NCBI RefSeq assembly: GCF_006345805.1
Contig: NC_043001.1
Coordinates: 18,848,001-18,912,000, forward strand
Direction of reading: 5' to 3'
DNA length: 64,000 nucleotides
From: Octopus sinensis
Taxonomy: Eukaryota
The notes beneath the pieces were generated by a model. That model did no database searches and was not told the DNA's origin. It saw only the letters and a program-made list of their open reading frames with translations. Shown one piece after another: positions 1 through 14,185 of the stretch (position 1 is its first letter; every line of letters begins with the position of its first letter). Both the position numbers and the translations under genes were made by a program.

Positions 1-28
1 TGGAATATATATATTCATACATGCATAT

Positions 29-59
<31 letters not shown>

Positions 60-382
60 CATAGGTGCACAAACCTATATCAATATGCATGCATTAGCGT
101 CTGTAAATATATATACACAATCACACACACACATAAATATATATATATATATGCACATATGGGGTGCGTGCGTGCGTGTATGCATGTATGTACATATGTT
201 TGTATGTATCTTTGTATACACACACATAAGCATAGATATATATGATTGAATCTGCTATTCTCTCCTGATTGAAGAAATCTGATAGTCGATGCAACAAAAT
301 CTCGCAAACGTGGTTTATTTGAAAGCCGAATTTATATATTTAAAACTGCAACGAATTGTCTGGTATGCTTTGTTTTTGACAG

Positions 383-500
383 ATGTAGAAACGCATAGCA
401 ACATCAGAACCAACAGTTGTAGCATCAGATGTATTAACAGCCCTATGGGATTGCCTTTTGCCAACAATCAAAAGCTCATATGTACGACAACAGCAGGAGG
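383..500 (+). other. Candidate spliced exon of an unidentified transcript
   Basis: Acceptor tatgctttgtttttgacAG ends at 382 and consensus donor GG|GTAAGT starts at 501. Only one frame is open (DVETHSNIRTNSCSIRCINSPMGLPFANNQKLICTTTAG). No recognisable homology. Confidence 0.3.
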
Positions 501-731
501 GTAAGTCATCAACTACGAAACATCAAGATAGGGAAGATATGTTAAAGAGAAGATATGTTTGCATATATTTGCTTCAAATATAATGATTGAGACATAATGA
601 CTAGATTAATGAAGCAGCACACGATTGTTCTAAATTGAACAATAACTGTAATCAAGCAATTCGGTTTTATATACGCTGCTTCTCTGGCAGTGACCTCTTA
701 GTTTCTTGGTTAACCATTCGAAACATTATCA

Positions 732-775
<44 letters not shown>

Positions 776-940
776 CAGGGTAGGAGAGATATATTCGGTC
801 ATATTGAGTAATTTAATAAAACAATTCTAATCTAGTCAAGACCAGATGTACTTTAATAAAAATTTGTGCATATGTTCTCGATAAGCTTTCATCTAAGACT
901 GTAATAGGAATCCGCCTTCGGTTTCGACGACTGCTTCAGT

Positions 941-1122
941 GGAGGCGCAATGGCCCAGGGGTTAGGGCAGCGGACTTGCGGTCGTAAGAACGCAGTTTCG
1001 ATTCCCAGACTGGGCATTGTGATTTTATTGAGAAAAAACACCTAAAGCTCCACGACACTCCGGCGGAGTGGGTGGTGAACCCCGCTGTACTCTTTCCCCA
1101 CAACTTTCTCTCACTCTTTCTT
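941..1122 (+). mobile_element. tRNA-derived SINE, family A (5' part)
   Basis: Head ggaggcgcaatggcccag...gtttcgattcccag with Pol III A/B-box-like motifs; same head at 2660, 11829 (minus) and 23582. Confidence 0.85.
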
Positions 1123-1921
1123 CATACTTCTGACACAAAGCAGAGGAACCATAGTGTAACCCACTATGGTGTGTTAAACTTTCAGACTTAGTCTAGATTG
1201 CAAATCCTCTGTACCCCAGGATGGTTCGGCTCTCCACCCGTTAAAAGCCACCGTTTACGGAATGAGGATAACAACGTAGCTTTCGCGCCCGTGCAACCGC
1301 CAGTCTATCGCGTGTGGTGGGTGGATCTTCAAGTTGCCGCACGCATTCTTAGTAGCTTAGAGTAGTCTCGAATTAGAGAATATTCTTTGTGGCTAATGGC
1401 GTGAGTCCTGATTGGAAGAAGAAGAAGAAGAAGACAGCAACATGTTTTTTGCAGCTAGATGGGTTTACAGAACAGAACATTGAATACTGAAATAAACTAC
1501 TTTATTTCACGGTTTAGTTTTCATTGAAGTCCAACGTTAGCAGGAGCGTAGAATCATACGTGTATCTATGCTACATTCACACTCTATTGTATGTATACAC
1601 GCACGCACACACACGTATGAACATACGTACGCAAGTGTATATAATATCTATGCATCATTATGCATCTTTGCAGAACGCTGTGTTCATTCCGTATTCGTTT
1701 CGTTGTTTCCATGTAATAAAGTTTCGGAAACGAAGCTATTTTTATCATTAACAAATACGCTGGTTTGTAAACTAATAATTTCATTTGAGATGAAATACAG
1801 CGAGTAGACTGAAAGAAAATGAAGCAGCTTTCTCAAGGTTACACTACACCGTCCTGTCTGTGATATAAAGCCAACAATGGTTCACAATCACCCTTCATTT
1901 CTCGATCCCTGATTTGGTGCG

Positions 1922-2366
1922 TTTTACTCTCTGTTACTCCCTTTTACTAGTTTCAGTCATTTGAGTGCGGCCATGATGGAGCACCGCCTTTAGTCGAGCA
2001 AATCGACCCCAGGACATATTCTTTGTAAGCCAAGTACTTATTCTATCGGTCATCTTTTGCCGAACCACTAAGTTACGGGGACGTAAACACACCAGCATCG
2101 GTTGTCAAGTGATGCTGGGGGGGGGGGGACAAACACAAACACACAAACATACACACACACACACACACACTCACACACACACATATATACATACATATAC
2201 ATACGACGGGCTTCTTTCAGTTTCCGTCTACCAAATCTACTCATAAGGCTTTGGTCGGCTCGAGGCTATAGTAGAAGACACTTGCCCGAAATGCCACGCA
2301 GTGGGACTGAACCCAGAACCATGTGGTTCGTAAGCAAACTACTTACCACACAGCCACTCCTGCGCC
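1922..2366 (-). mobile_element. SINE family B (CORE-like body, internal TA/TG microsatellite), full length
   Basis: Reverse complement of ggcgcaggagtggctgtgtggtaag...cttgggcaagtgtctt...gactgaaac with a (gagtaaaa)-type tail; many copies in the window. Confidence 0.9.
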
Positions 2367-2659
2367 TTGTTGCGTTTGTTTCATTACTATATTGTTGACA
2401 TCATTTTTCAAAGCATCAGTTGCCGCATCAAACTTTTCTGGAAAGAAAGCTAGATACAAATGTAGAATGCTCTGTTAACGACACTTGACAGCTTATTTCT
2501 TTATAGATATTATGGAAGTTTTCAACTCCAGTTTCGTATCCAGCGAGTCTGTTATCTCTCAGTAAGTTTTCACGTTACGATTCATAAATCCGATAAGCTT
2601 TTAATACCAGTGTATTGACAGAGCTTTTTCCAATTTAATATATCATATAAGCTCCTTGT

Positions 2660-2970
2660 GGAGGCGCTATGGCCCAGTGGTTAGGGCAGCGGACTCGCGG
2701 TCGTAGGATCGCGGTTTCGATTCCCAGACCGGGCGTTGTGAGTGTTTATTGAGCGAAAACACCTAAAGCTCCACGAGGCTCCGGCAGGGTAGTGGTGGCG
2801 AACCCTGTTTTACTCTTTCGCCACAACTTTCTCTCAATCTTTCTTCTGTTGGCCTGCTCGCTTAGCCAGCGGGGCAGCGTCATTTGAAGGCTAAAATAAT
2901 GCGAAGCGCATTGTGACCAGCGATGTGTAGCAACATCTGATAGCCTGGTCGGTCACAGTGATCACGGTGA
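2660..2970 (+). mobile_element. SINE family A with tail type i
   Basis: Family A head and body followed by the tail ggcctgctcgcttagccagcgggg...ggtcggtcacagtgatcacgg. Confidence 0.85.
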
Positions 2971-3203
2971 TATAACCTCCTTGGTCTGAGATCCCACAAA
3001 ATCTTACTTTTAAATTGCCGCACTTTCCACTGGAACTTCATTAGAAATGTACTGAAATCCCTTAAGCTGACGTTACTCAGTGCTTTAACAAAACTTTCCA
3101 TTAAACTAAATTTAATAGGCAGAGATAAAAGAATTGTTTTAGAAACCAACAAAAGCGACAATTTAACACTGCTCATTAGTTGAATTAGGGATATGTTGAT
3201 CAG

Positions 3204-3434
3204 GGCGGTGAGCTGGCAGAAACGTTAGCACACCGGGCAAAATGCGTAGCCGTATATCGTCTGCCGTTACGTTCTGAGTTCAAATTCCGCCGAGGTCGAC
3301 TTTGCCTTTCATCCTTTTGGGGTCGATTAAATAAGTACCAGTTACGCACTGGGGTCGATATAATCGACTTAATCCGTTTGTCTGTCCTTGTTTGTCTTCT
3401 CTGTGTTTAACCCCTTGCGGGTAGTAAAGAAATA
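3204..3434 (+). mobile_element. SINE family C (central gcctttcatccttt(c)ggggtcgat domain), full length with TSD
   Basis: ggcggtgagctggcagaaacgttagc...gtagtaaagaaata flanked by the 12-bp direct repeat gatatgttgatc (3190-3201 and 3435-3446). Confidence 0.9.
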
Positions 3435-4467
3435 GATATGTTGATCTTAGAGATCCCGCGCAATGGTTATAACAATTCGCAGACATGAAAAACTTTCGAA
3501 GTCATTGGCATGCTGTCACGCAAGCGTAATCTTGAAAACGCTGTAAATATCCAACGACATTCTATTGATGAACACCATAGGGAATAGTATCAAGTATTAT
3601 AGCCATCGTTTTGTGTGTCTCTTTAAAATGGAAATATAGGCAAAGAAGATGCATAAATTGGCATTCCCCGTATGCAGTTCTCTGAAGCTTCTTTGTAATA
3701 AATCAATAAAGAGACATCAGACAGATGTCACATGAGTCTGAAAAAGTTTCTGAAGTATTCATTGACGCCAAAGCTATAGCAGATCATGCATTGCGAAGAA
3801 TGGTGTCAAATTATAATTTCACTTTCGACAGCGATTCACTGCATATTTTAATAATGTTCTTCTTTCAATCCGGAGGCGAGAAGCGTAGCTTTCTCTTGAA
3901 AGAGACACGAGGTTTTAAAAATTGTAACTCACGTACTTTTGAGTAAATGAGCTTGATTCCAAATTTCAAGTATGCATTCAGCATCTGTAGAAAGTCCAAC
4001 ACCGCTACCAATTTCATCTTCATCACTATCATTGTTTATCAGTTATGGAAATTTGGATAACATTTTTGGAAAAGGCAATGGGCATTATTTCATCATGTTG
4101 AACTGGTCTGATGTGTTGAATACAGGTTTGGATGGAAAATGTTGTATTTGTTAATTAACGAAAACTGAATTTCAATGCTTCAAATGTGGTATGATACGAA
4201 CCTACATACTGGACACCTAATGAACCAAAGAAGAAAGCCCTACATTTAAATTACATGACCATTCTGCTGGCGTGCCTAATCCCCGGAAAGATTGAGATGA
4301 TTAAGACTTACATTGTCAACTCCAAACACCATAACGAAACAATCTGACAAAACACGAGTTGGTATGTTGAATTCAAGCGAACACACATAACCACCAAAAT
4401 TATGAGAAATTTTAAGTAGAGGATGTCAAGTGTTCACGCTTAATGCTACGTCACGGCATCCATGAAA

Positions 4468-4657
4468 AGGAGTGGCTGTGTGGTAAGTAGCTTGCTTACC
4501 AACCACATGGTTCCGTGTTCATTCCCACTGCGTGGCACCTTGGGTAAGTGTCTTCTACTATAGCCTCGGGTCGACCAAAGCCTTGCGAGTGATTTGGTAG
4601 ACGGAAACTGAAAGAAGCCCGTCGTATATATGTATATATATATATAATATATATATA

Positions 4658-4689
<32 letters not shown>

Positions 4690-4690
4690 C

Positions 4691-4723
<33 letters not shown>

Positions 4724-4960
4724 ATGCGTGTGTATATGCTTGTGTGTCTGTGTTTGTCCCCCCAACATCGCTTGACAACCAATGCTGGTGTGTTTACGTC
4801 CCTGTAACTTAGCGGTTCGGCAAAAGAGACCGATAGAATAAGTACTAGGCTTACAAAGAATATGTCCTGGGGTCGATTTGCTCGACTAAAGGCTGTGCTC
4901 CAGCATGGCCGCAGTCAAATGACTGAAACAAGTAAGAGAGACAAAAGAGAAAGAGTAAAA
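4468..4960 (+). mobile_element. SINE family B, full length
   Basis: aggagtggctgtgtggtaag head, internal (TA)n/(TG)n, 3' half ending gactgaaacaagtaagagag. Confidence 0.9.
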
Positions 4961-4974
4961 GCAAAGCATGTCAC

Positions 4975-5900
4975 TTAAAGGTTTGTTACTTCTTGTGGGT
5001 GTCTTGGAAATAGTTTAATCTCAAAGCTTTCGGATAAGAGAAGAAAGATATGCTGGCATTCTGGATGCATCGGAGTTTCTATTATATTTTGAAGAAGAAG
5101 AAGAGTTAAATATCTATGAAATTTAATTTTTAATGTAAATGAATGTGCGCTGTTGCGTAAACTTCTACCGAGTAAGAGTAATCTCAAAGAATGAAAGAAA
5201 GGCACATGAAAATAAAGCAGCAAATAACAGTCTTACATTGTTGACGGGAACAAATCCTGGTATTCCAACTGCCATAAAAGACACCTGTATATCTCGTTTC
5301 TGATATGAAGATCTGACAGAAAATATGGATCACAGAATGTGATTATTGAACCGTTTGTTGAGCGTTTCTGCTCTGTTGCTAAACGTTACTGTGTGAAAAG
5401 ACCGCAAACTTCGATTGACTCCAAACTTGTGCAACTGCTGAAATTGTATTCATCTCACCAACTACAACTGCGCTTAATTGAGACTGTTGATCAAGGAGTT
5501 ATTTCTGCTTTCAAGATATATTTTCTTAGAACTCTAAGTCGGTTGATTAAACGATAAAATTATTACATTTACGCAAGCAATTTTACATTTATGCAAGCAG
5601 TAAAAACTATTTAAAGGAGCTTGAGAAAATTTCGACCTGACTAGTTTTATTGAGACTCTGACAAAAATTGTGCACAAATGTAGTTGAAGGAGACCACCTG
5701 ATAGCGAATTAAACAGTTTCACTCAATAATAATCTTGTTCAAAAAGCGCAAGAAGTAGAATTTGTAAAACCTAATATAAGCGATATTCAAGATTTATTGC
5801 TTACTGATAACGAGACACTCACCTATGAATACCTTAAGGAGTTGACGAAACTGAGTGCCTAATCCAGACGGCGAAGAATAAACTCTTTTACAACCGGTTC
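4975..5900 (+). pseudogene. Decayed Tigger/pogo-family DDE transposase relic
   Basis: Frame-broken translations FVTSCGC (cf. FxASxGW), LIETVDQGVISAFKIYFLRT (cf. IQPMDQGVIxAFKxYYLR) and VEFVKPNISDIQDLLLTDNETLTYEYLKEL (acidic C-terminal region typical of Tigger). Confidence 0.6.
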
Positions 5901-7516
5901 TTAGGACTCAGATCTTATGCAAAAGACGTATTGAAAGAAACCATTCTCTAATGCGATTTCAGAAAACTACTAATTTCGATCAAAGGAAAGTTATACATCT
6001 TCGTTAGAAGTATCCAAATCAAACACTTGCTAAAATAAAAATCTAACAGAACCAGTGGCTCTATTTTAATCTTTAAAAATTTCTTTTTTCCTATTTATTG
6101 TTGCTTAAACTAAAGGAAGAGTGTATAATCTTTGATAGAACTACATATTCGGTTCAAAAGACTTTTCGTATAGATGTAAGGAGATTTTTTCCCACTGCTT
6201 CTTCAGAAAGTTACCTGCATTAAAACCATCTGATAACAATGTGGTAGTGCAGAAAAAACCCCTTAGAATTAATTTCATTCATCTGCATATTGGAATATAT
6301 TGTCAGTTACTATGGTTCTGTTGCACTTGTATGAATTATATAATAAAACACGAATAAATGTCTTTAAATATAAAAAAAAGCAGTAAGTTTTCTGAACACA
6401 AATTTTATTTATTAACAGTCCAAACTATTTTTATTGATACGCATCAGCTTCACAAACATTTGACATATCTGCCATAAAGTTTGGCAACTCCCTTTGATAT
6501 CTTTGAACTACCCAAATTTAATCAAAATCGCTCGACACGTCAATGTTTTTTTTTTCTTTTACACTGAATTACTCATTGATAAAAACTTGTATCATACGGA
6601 TTAAGAAAAATAAATCAGGTGAATCAGAGGCTATTGTAAAAGATAACAGAATCAACAAAGCAGCGTCCGTTGCTCACACTTTTATTTATCTTGATACAAT
6701 GGTGTTGCTTTTCTAAATTATATTCACAATGAATGTTTATTTATTGAGAGTGCTTTTTACACAATTAAAATTAAGATACGAGTAGATCAGAAGCAGAACT
6801 TCATAAAATTTTAATTCATTACAATGATAAGAATAACATGAATACACTTGACTCCACTGACATTAGAGGTTTGTAAATATTATGACCGTAAAGTACAGAC
6901 TAATATTTATCTCAACATCAAAAAGCAAAGCGTTCAAAATCATTTCCTTTATATCAAATTAAATATTTACTCAAAATTGACCAAACAAAAAAAAAAAAAA
7001 TAAATAAATAAATAAATAAATGGAAAGCAATAAAAAATATTTATGCAGTTATCAGAAACGGATATTTTGGCATATGCGATTAACCAATAAGCTTTACATT
7101 GATTTAATACTAAACGGTCCGGTGTTTTGAAAAGTTACGCAATTAACTAAATAATACAATTATCCTGCATGAAATTAAGTAGAACCAACTCGGTTTTCAT
7201 TCAGGAAAATCTTAAATTGTCAGTAACAGTGGGATTAAGATTAATTAACGTTATTAAGAACGACACCTGTCCGGTGTTGTCCCCACACAGCCAGACATTA
7301 AAATCAATTTACTAATACATTCCATTTTTAATTAATTTCAATTAATTTTTAATTCCATGGATGTCACGTATGCTTTTCTTGACTAGAATTATTAATCAAG
7401 AGAATGATTGTTTTACTGATAATCTCTCTTGGAGTGAAATAAAAAAATTAATATTTTTTAGCAGGACCGTATTAAATAAATCTAGCGTCTGTTTCACTAC
7501 TCTCTCTCTCTCTCCA

Positions 7517-7614
<98 letters not shown>

Positions 7615-7684
7615 ACACATACACGCACCACACACTAACGTTATAAATATTATCATTAATAGTTTATATTTCAAATGTTTCAGT

Positions 7685-7925
7685 CAATGGACTGCGGCCA
7701 CGCCTTGAAGCGATTTCAATCGAACGAAGTGTCCCTGGTACTTGTTTCTTTAAGGCCTGGTACTTATTTTCTCGGACCTCTTTTGCCGAACCGCTAAGTT
7801 ATGGGCACATAAACAAACCAGCGGTTGTCAAGCGATGGTGGGGTATACGACGTACACAAAGACATACGAGTACACATACACAAACACACACACATATCTA
7901 TCTACCTATGTATTTCTTTCAGTTT
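7685..7925 (-). mobile_element. SINE family B, degenerate 3' half
   Basis: cttttgccgaaccgctaagtt and ggttgtcaagcgat match the family B 3' half. Confidence 0.7.
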
Positions 7926-8478
7926 CCTATTCCTTTATTGCCCACAAGGGGCTAAACACAGAGAGGACAAACAAGGACAGACAAACGGATTCAGTCGATT
8001 ACATCGACCCCAGTGCGTAACTGTTACTTAATTTATCGATCCCGAAAGGATGAAAGGCAAAGTCGACCTCGGCGGAATTTGAACCCAGAACGTAGCGGCA
8101 GACGAAATACCTATTTCTTTACTACCCACAAGGGGCTAAACACAGAGAGGACAAACAGGAACAGACAAAGGGATTAAGTCTATTATATCGACCCCAGTGC
8201 GTAACTGTTACTTAATTTATCGACACCGAAAGGATGAAAGGCAAAGTCGACCTCGGCGGAATTTGAACCCGGAACGTAGCGGCAGACGAAATACTTATTT
8301 CTTTACTACCCACAAGGGGCTAAACACAGAGAGGACAAACAAGGACAGACAAACGGATTCAGTCGATTACATCGACCCCAGTGCGTAACTGTTACTTAAT
8401 TTATCAACCCCGAAAGGATGAAAGGTAAAGTCGACCTCGGCGGAATTTGAACCCAGAACGTAGCGGCAGACGAAATAC
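7926..8478 (-). mobile_element. Three head-to-tail 184-bp units of the SINE family C body
   Basis: cccacaagggg recurs at 7941, 8125 and 8309 (period 184); each unit carries the family C central domain. Confidence 0.9.
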
Positions 8479-8811
8479 CAGACGAAACATACAACATAAA
8501 GAATATTCCCCTTCTTCAGTTGTCCCTGTTTCATCTACTCCGCGGTTCGAAGGCAAGGAGAAGACGCGACTTCGTTGAAACAGTCCTTCCCTCAAAGCAA
8601 ATTAAATAAAATTTGGGTTTTTTGCGGAGGGTGAAAATGGTAACAAGAACAGGACGGTGAGAACAAAACAGTAAAAACAAACGTTGAGGGCTGTTAAGCC
8701 AAGACGATAGAAAAATTCTTCTAAACGCTAGGAGGACGAGCTTATGAAGGAGACAGTATAAGCACGTTGTTATTTTATTATATGATCGAACGCCACGCAT
8801 CCTTTTCCAAG

Positions 8812-8897
<86 letters not shown>

Positions 8898-8899
8898 TT

Positions 8900-8946
<47 letters not shown>

Positions 8947-8954
8947 CATATATG

Positions 8955-9087
8955 ATGGGCTTCTTTCAGTTTCCGTCTACCAAATCCACTCACAAGGCTT
9001 TGGTTGGCCGCCCAAGATGCCACGCAGTGGGACTGAACCCGGAACCATGTAGTTCGTAAGCAAGCTACTTGCCACACATCCACTCCA
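8955..9087 (-). mobile_element. SINE family B, 5' half with internal deletion
   Basis: gggcttctttcagtttccgtctacc...gccacgcagtgggactgaacccggaaccatg. Confidence 0.8.
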
Positions 9088-9346
9088 GGAAACATGTGTG
9101 CAAAGTGCCACACAGTGGTATTGAACCCGAAACTTCATGGTTTTGAAGCGAACTCGCCAAGGAGAAACAAAAGCAGATTATAAATTGATAACTCCATGGA
9201 TGGTTGCAGTGTTTCGGCATCCGAAGTGTCAAGGAAGATGTTGTGCTTTGAATTACATGCTTCATATCCAAATGTACAGCCAACAATAATGGTTTATTTA
9301 GAAGGATAAGAAAGTGTTCGTTTTAATGTTCACGAAGAAAGGCTAC

Positions 9347-9880
<534 letters not shown>

Positions 9881-9929
9881 AAACTGAACGGATTATATAA
9901 CGAAACAACTTAACTCTAGATGAATAGAC

Positions 9930-10870
9930 GAGAATTAGCAATGAACCAGCTGCTTCCTTCAAGACACACACTATTTACTTGCTGTTCTGAGTGTCGTACA
10001 TGGAATAAAAGCAAGATACTGTGGAATGAGAGAGAAATTAACACCCACTGCATTAGACGCATGTGTTTAGTTTTGTTAACAGATATTCTGGGAACTACAT
10101 CATTTGAAGATATGTGAATTGTTAATGAGGATGTTTGTTCAATGTACAAAGAAGCTGCAATCAAAATGGATTTAGAAGATAACGATAATGAAACCATCTG
10201 GTAATGGAGGGTGCATATATTTCTATGTCACTTCACCAAATATGGCGGCTTTTCTTGTCAAGTGGCCTTTGTTGTTATCTTGCAGAACCCAAGGATTCAG
10301 CGCATTTAAAAAAATAACCATCAGAGAATACTATAGAATCACTGGTCTTCTCGACTGCATACAGTGTAAATCTTTGAACATATTTTAAGTAGAAATGGAT
10401 TCATTTAGAATAGTTATCCACCCGTGATAACGCCTATAATGGCTAAATTGAACATTAACGCAGAAATTATTCTTGATATCTGAGGTTTTAAGAGAACGAG
10501 AAAAAAAAAAAGTTTTTTTCATTCTCATGAAAAATAAATTTTTAATGAAAAAATTCAGTAAAAATATATTTTTCAAGGAAATGTTAAATATGGGTCAGCG
10601 GGCAGCTTTATTCCAAGCACCAAAGCAAATAATTCGTGTTAAAACTATAACAAAATACAAGGTATTAACGTTGATGTTTTACCTGCATCCAAAGCTTTGA
10701 TGAACCTGCAGGATCAGAGAAATCGTTTCTGTATAGTGTCAGTCTATTATTTATCCTAACAGATAGAATCATTATAATTAATAGTGCCTCATTAATAGTT
10801 GCTTTCATACTTTCCGGATTGAAAGCAGCTAGTTCCGCATTAAGCTTTCTATTCATCCCAGTTAGTGCTA
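9930..10870 (+). pseudogene. Decayed Helitron RepHel (PIF1-like helicase) relic
   Basis: Translations TWNKSKILWNER and LVLLTDILGTTSFEDM*IVNEDVCSMYKEAAIKMDL (cf. LRLLLxxVxGxTSFEDLRTVNG...F+EA), LNMGQRAALF, and degenerate Walker A FDEPAGSEKSFLYSV (cf. FxDxPGGTGKTFLY). Confidence 0.6.
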
Positions 10871-11521
10871 TTTCACAACAGAGTGAAAACGCTGCTTAAA
10901 ATTTATGACTAAAGCCGATGTTATGATTTGAGATGAGTGACCCATGCTTCATAGAGTTTTTTTTTCCAGAAATAATGGATAGGGCATTAAGAGATGAACA
11001 TTATATTACCGGAGCTTGAGCACGGCATTTTTGAAAAAAAATGTTATAATTATTGGAAACGGTTTTGAACAAATATTTTAACAGTAAACAAACGAAGCAA
11101 CAGAGTAAACATTATCAGTTTTGATAATTCATCAACGTGGTGAGACATGTTAAAAAGCTACAAATGACCGAAAGCATGTGAATTGATATGATATCCGGCG
11201 AATAATCAGAGTCGATAAAAGGTAGGAAAATTACCCCCACGGGAACTGACGTGGCAAACTGCACTCTTTGTTCAAATTCTGCCTAGATCCACTTTTTAAA
11301 AAGAAATTTTGTGGATCAATAAAACCAAATAACAATCCATAGAATGAATTAAATGAATTATTAGAGTGCTGAACGAAATGTGTGGAGGTATTTGTTCTAT
11401 TTCTACAGGTTCTCAGTGTTTTGAATTTGGACTAAATCCGCCAACCGGTTTAATACCACTACCTGGTCCCCGGGTGCGTTTCGTGGACATCTCTTTCTTT
11501 TACTTATCTTATTTTTTCTTT

Positions 11522-11829
11522 TTGCGCCCTTTTCAAGCCTAGCCAGGCTCGTGGGCCCGGTTTCCCAGTTTCTGTGGCGTATGTGTTCCCCCACCAGCTG
11601 GACGGGACGCCAGTCCATCGCAGCGTTACTCAAGAAACAGGAAGAAAGAGTGAGAGAAAGTTGGGGCGAAAGAGTGCAAGAGGGGTCGTCACCACCACCC
11701 CTGCCGGAGCCTCGTGGAGCTTTCAGGTGTTTTCGCTCAATAAACACACACAACGCCCGGTCTGGGAATCGAAACCGCGATCCTCCGACCGCGAGTCCGC
11801 TGCCCTAACCACTGGGCCATTGCGCCTCC
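11522..11829 (-). mobile_element. SINE family A with tail type ii, full length
   Basis: Family A head ends at 11829 on the minus strand; tail reads gctgcgatggactggcgtcccgtccagctgg...ggctaggcttgaaaagggcgc. Confidence 0.9.
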
Positions 11830-12790
11830 TCTTTTACATATCTAGTAGACTTAAAAAGAAAAGAAGAATCATAGATGATGCCTTTTCCTCTCCGACTAAA
11901 CGGTAAAAAGCATATGAAATGCAGAGGAAATAAACAAAAGTTAGTCAATTCAATTTAACAACATATATTTTGTAGAAAATGGCAGCTAACATAAGGAAAT
12001 GAATAGAGAGAATAAAATAAAATCTCAGTAACATGTAACATTGTGATTCCTCGAATGTCGTTTGTTCAGTTTCTGATGAAGATCTGATATTGTATTGTTG
12101 AGCTCAAAAACTTCTGAAATGGTGGCTTTTATCTTTACAAATGTCGATGCTTATTTATTCAATGAGGAGACATTGATCAAATTTCTAAGAGATAATGGGG
12201 TATTGTTCAGTTTTGAAATATATTCAGGTGATGTTAGTACTTATGTATTTACTCCAGAATAGTTAAATACTTAAAATTTATCCAGTATGATGTAACTGGA
12301 GGAAAATTAAACAGTGAGTAACGTACAAATATCAAACATCTAAAATATAAGGTGAAAAATACATTTCATATATACATACACATATACATATATACCTGCA
12401 CACACACGCATATGTGTAGGGGCGTATATATGAATGTACGTGTATTGCTATATATAATTCATTTTTAACGGTTGAACTAGAAGTAAATAAAGCTATAAAT
12501 AGTTAAATGTAAAAATTGGGTTTAAAAGCCCTTTCCATGAAAAAAAATCGAAGGTGTCTATGGAACAGAAACCCACATCTATAAACGTGACACACATTCT
12601 ACTCGAAAGGTTTTAAATCTAATATTTATACACTATTGTTTATAGCTTTATGTACTTCGAGTTCAACCGTAACGAACTAATATCTCACGTTCACTCGACT
12701 TCTCTAAATCCTCATGATGAAACTTATACATACATAATTATGTACATGCAGACATACATACACATATATACACACTCACACACACACGCA

Positions 12791-12833
<43 letters not shown>

Positions 12834-13705
12834 GTTGAATAAATTTAAAACATGGCCTGGTCTTCACGTTTTTTAATATTTTATTTTAACATTAAGAAAA
12901 TATATTTTGTAACGCTCATAAAGTTAAATTAGCGCTTTCATACATATGTTTAGCTGACAGTTGAGTTCTTGACACTTTAGTATCTCTTAGAACGCTCCAA
13001 CAAGTCGAATTTTTAGAATACGGTATCGAAGCGTAATGATAACAGATGAAGAACGTGTCAATGCATGCATACTGGTAAATCCATTATAACAAAAAATGGA
13101 CAGATTTTCGCAAATGCATATATGAGCTGCAAAAGGAGAAATATGATCTATTGAATTAAATGCCAGAAGTGAGAGGAACTATATATAGGCGAGACAGGGA
13201 ATGTTCCCCAAATTCCATTGAGAGAGCATATAGAGTACATGTGGCCAGAAAATGTTACTAATTTTTCCTTTCCACAAACTACATGACATAAATGAGGCTG
13301 GAAGAAGGATAAAAGAAAAGCGGTTTATTAAAATGTTAAAACCTGTTCTGAACGGAAGTAACAGCAATAATATAACAACCAGTTAATGATGCGGATTAAA
13401 AAATATCTCTAGCATATAAATATAAACAAATTGCAGAATATCGGTGCGCCTGGCAAACCGTGATGTTTAAGATGTATGCGGATTGGTTAAAACCGTATTT
13501 TGAAAATTCAGTTTGTTGGAGCGTTCTAAGAAGTACTAAAGTTGTTAAAAACTCAACCGTCAGTTAAACACATATTTGAAATCTGATGATTACTCTACGT
13601 ATGAAAGCTCTAATTTAACTTTATGAGCATTACAAAATATATTTTAAATATAATATAATTTTTAAAAAAACGTGAAAATCAGACCATGATTTAATTTTAT
13701 TCAAC
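12834..13705. mobile_element. MITE/fold-back-like element with about 190-bp imperfect terminal inverted repeats
   Basis: 12834-13025 (gttgaataaa...cttagaacgctccaacaa...gaatacgg) is the reverse complement of about 13493-13705 (ccgtatt...ttgttggagcgttctaag...tttattcaac), with scattered mismatches and one insertion. Confidence 0.6.
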
Positions 13706-13805
13706 AGATATATTATTCTATACACATTCACACAATTTCGAAACAATATATATATATATATATAATATATATAATATATATATATATATATAATATATAT
13801 ATATA

Positions 13806-13917
<112 letters not shown>

Positions 13918-13957
13918 ACTGTCTGTCTCTCTGTCTCTGTCTCTCTGTCTCTCTCTG

Positions 13958-14022
<65 letters not shown>

Positions 14023-14185
14023 CAACACACACACACGATGATTTGCATATTTATTTCTAATATATTCCTGCAGATCCCAACGTGATTATGCTAGCCACTT
14101 TTGTGTTTTATCAAAGGACAGCTCCTTCTTTACGACGAACGTTTGTTCATAACATATTATATTCATTAGTGCAAAGCATTCTGGG

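Noticed and set aside
910-940. Minus-strand CTGAAGC...GAAAC near the first SINE
   Set aside because: Core mismatch and no NUH or stem I in register.
941-1010. tRNA genes at SINE heads (also 2660, 11829, 22128, 23582)
   Set aside because: A/B boxes are present, but the sequences continue into shared SINE bodies and I could not fold a full cloverleaf.
3725-4154. Two short ORFs and an acidic DSDEDE motif on the minus strand
   Set aside because: In-frame stops and no recognisable family motif.
12070-12125. CTGATGA...GAAAT on the + strand
   Set aside because: No stem III or cleavage triplet; likely chance.
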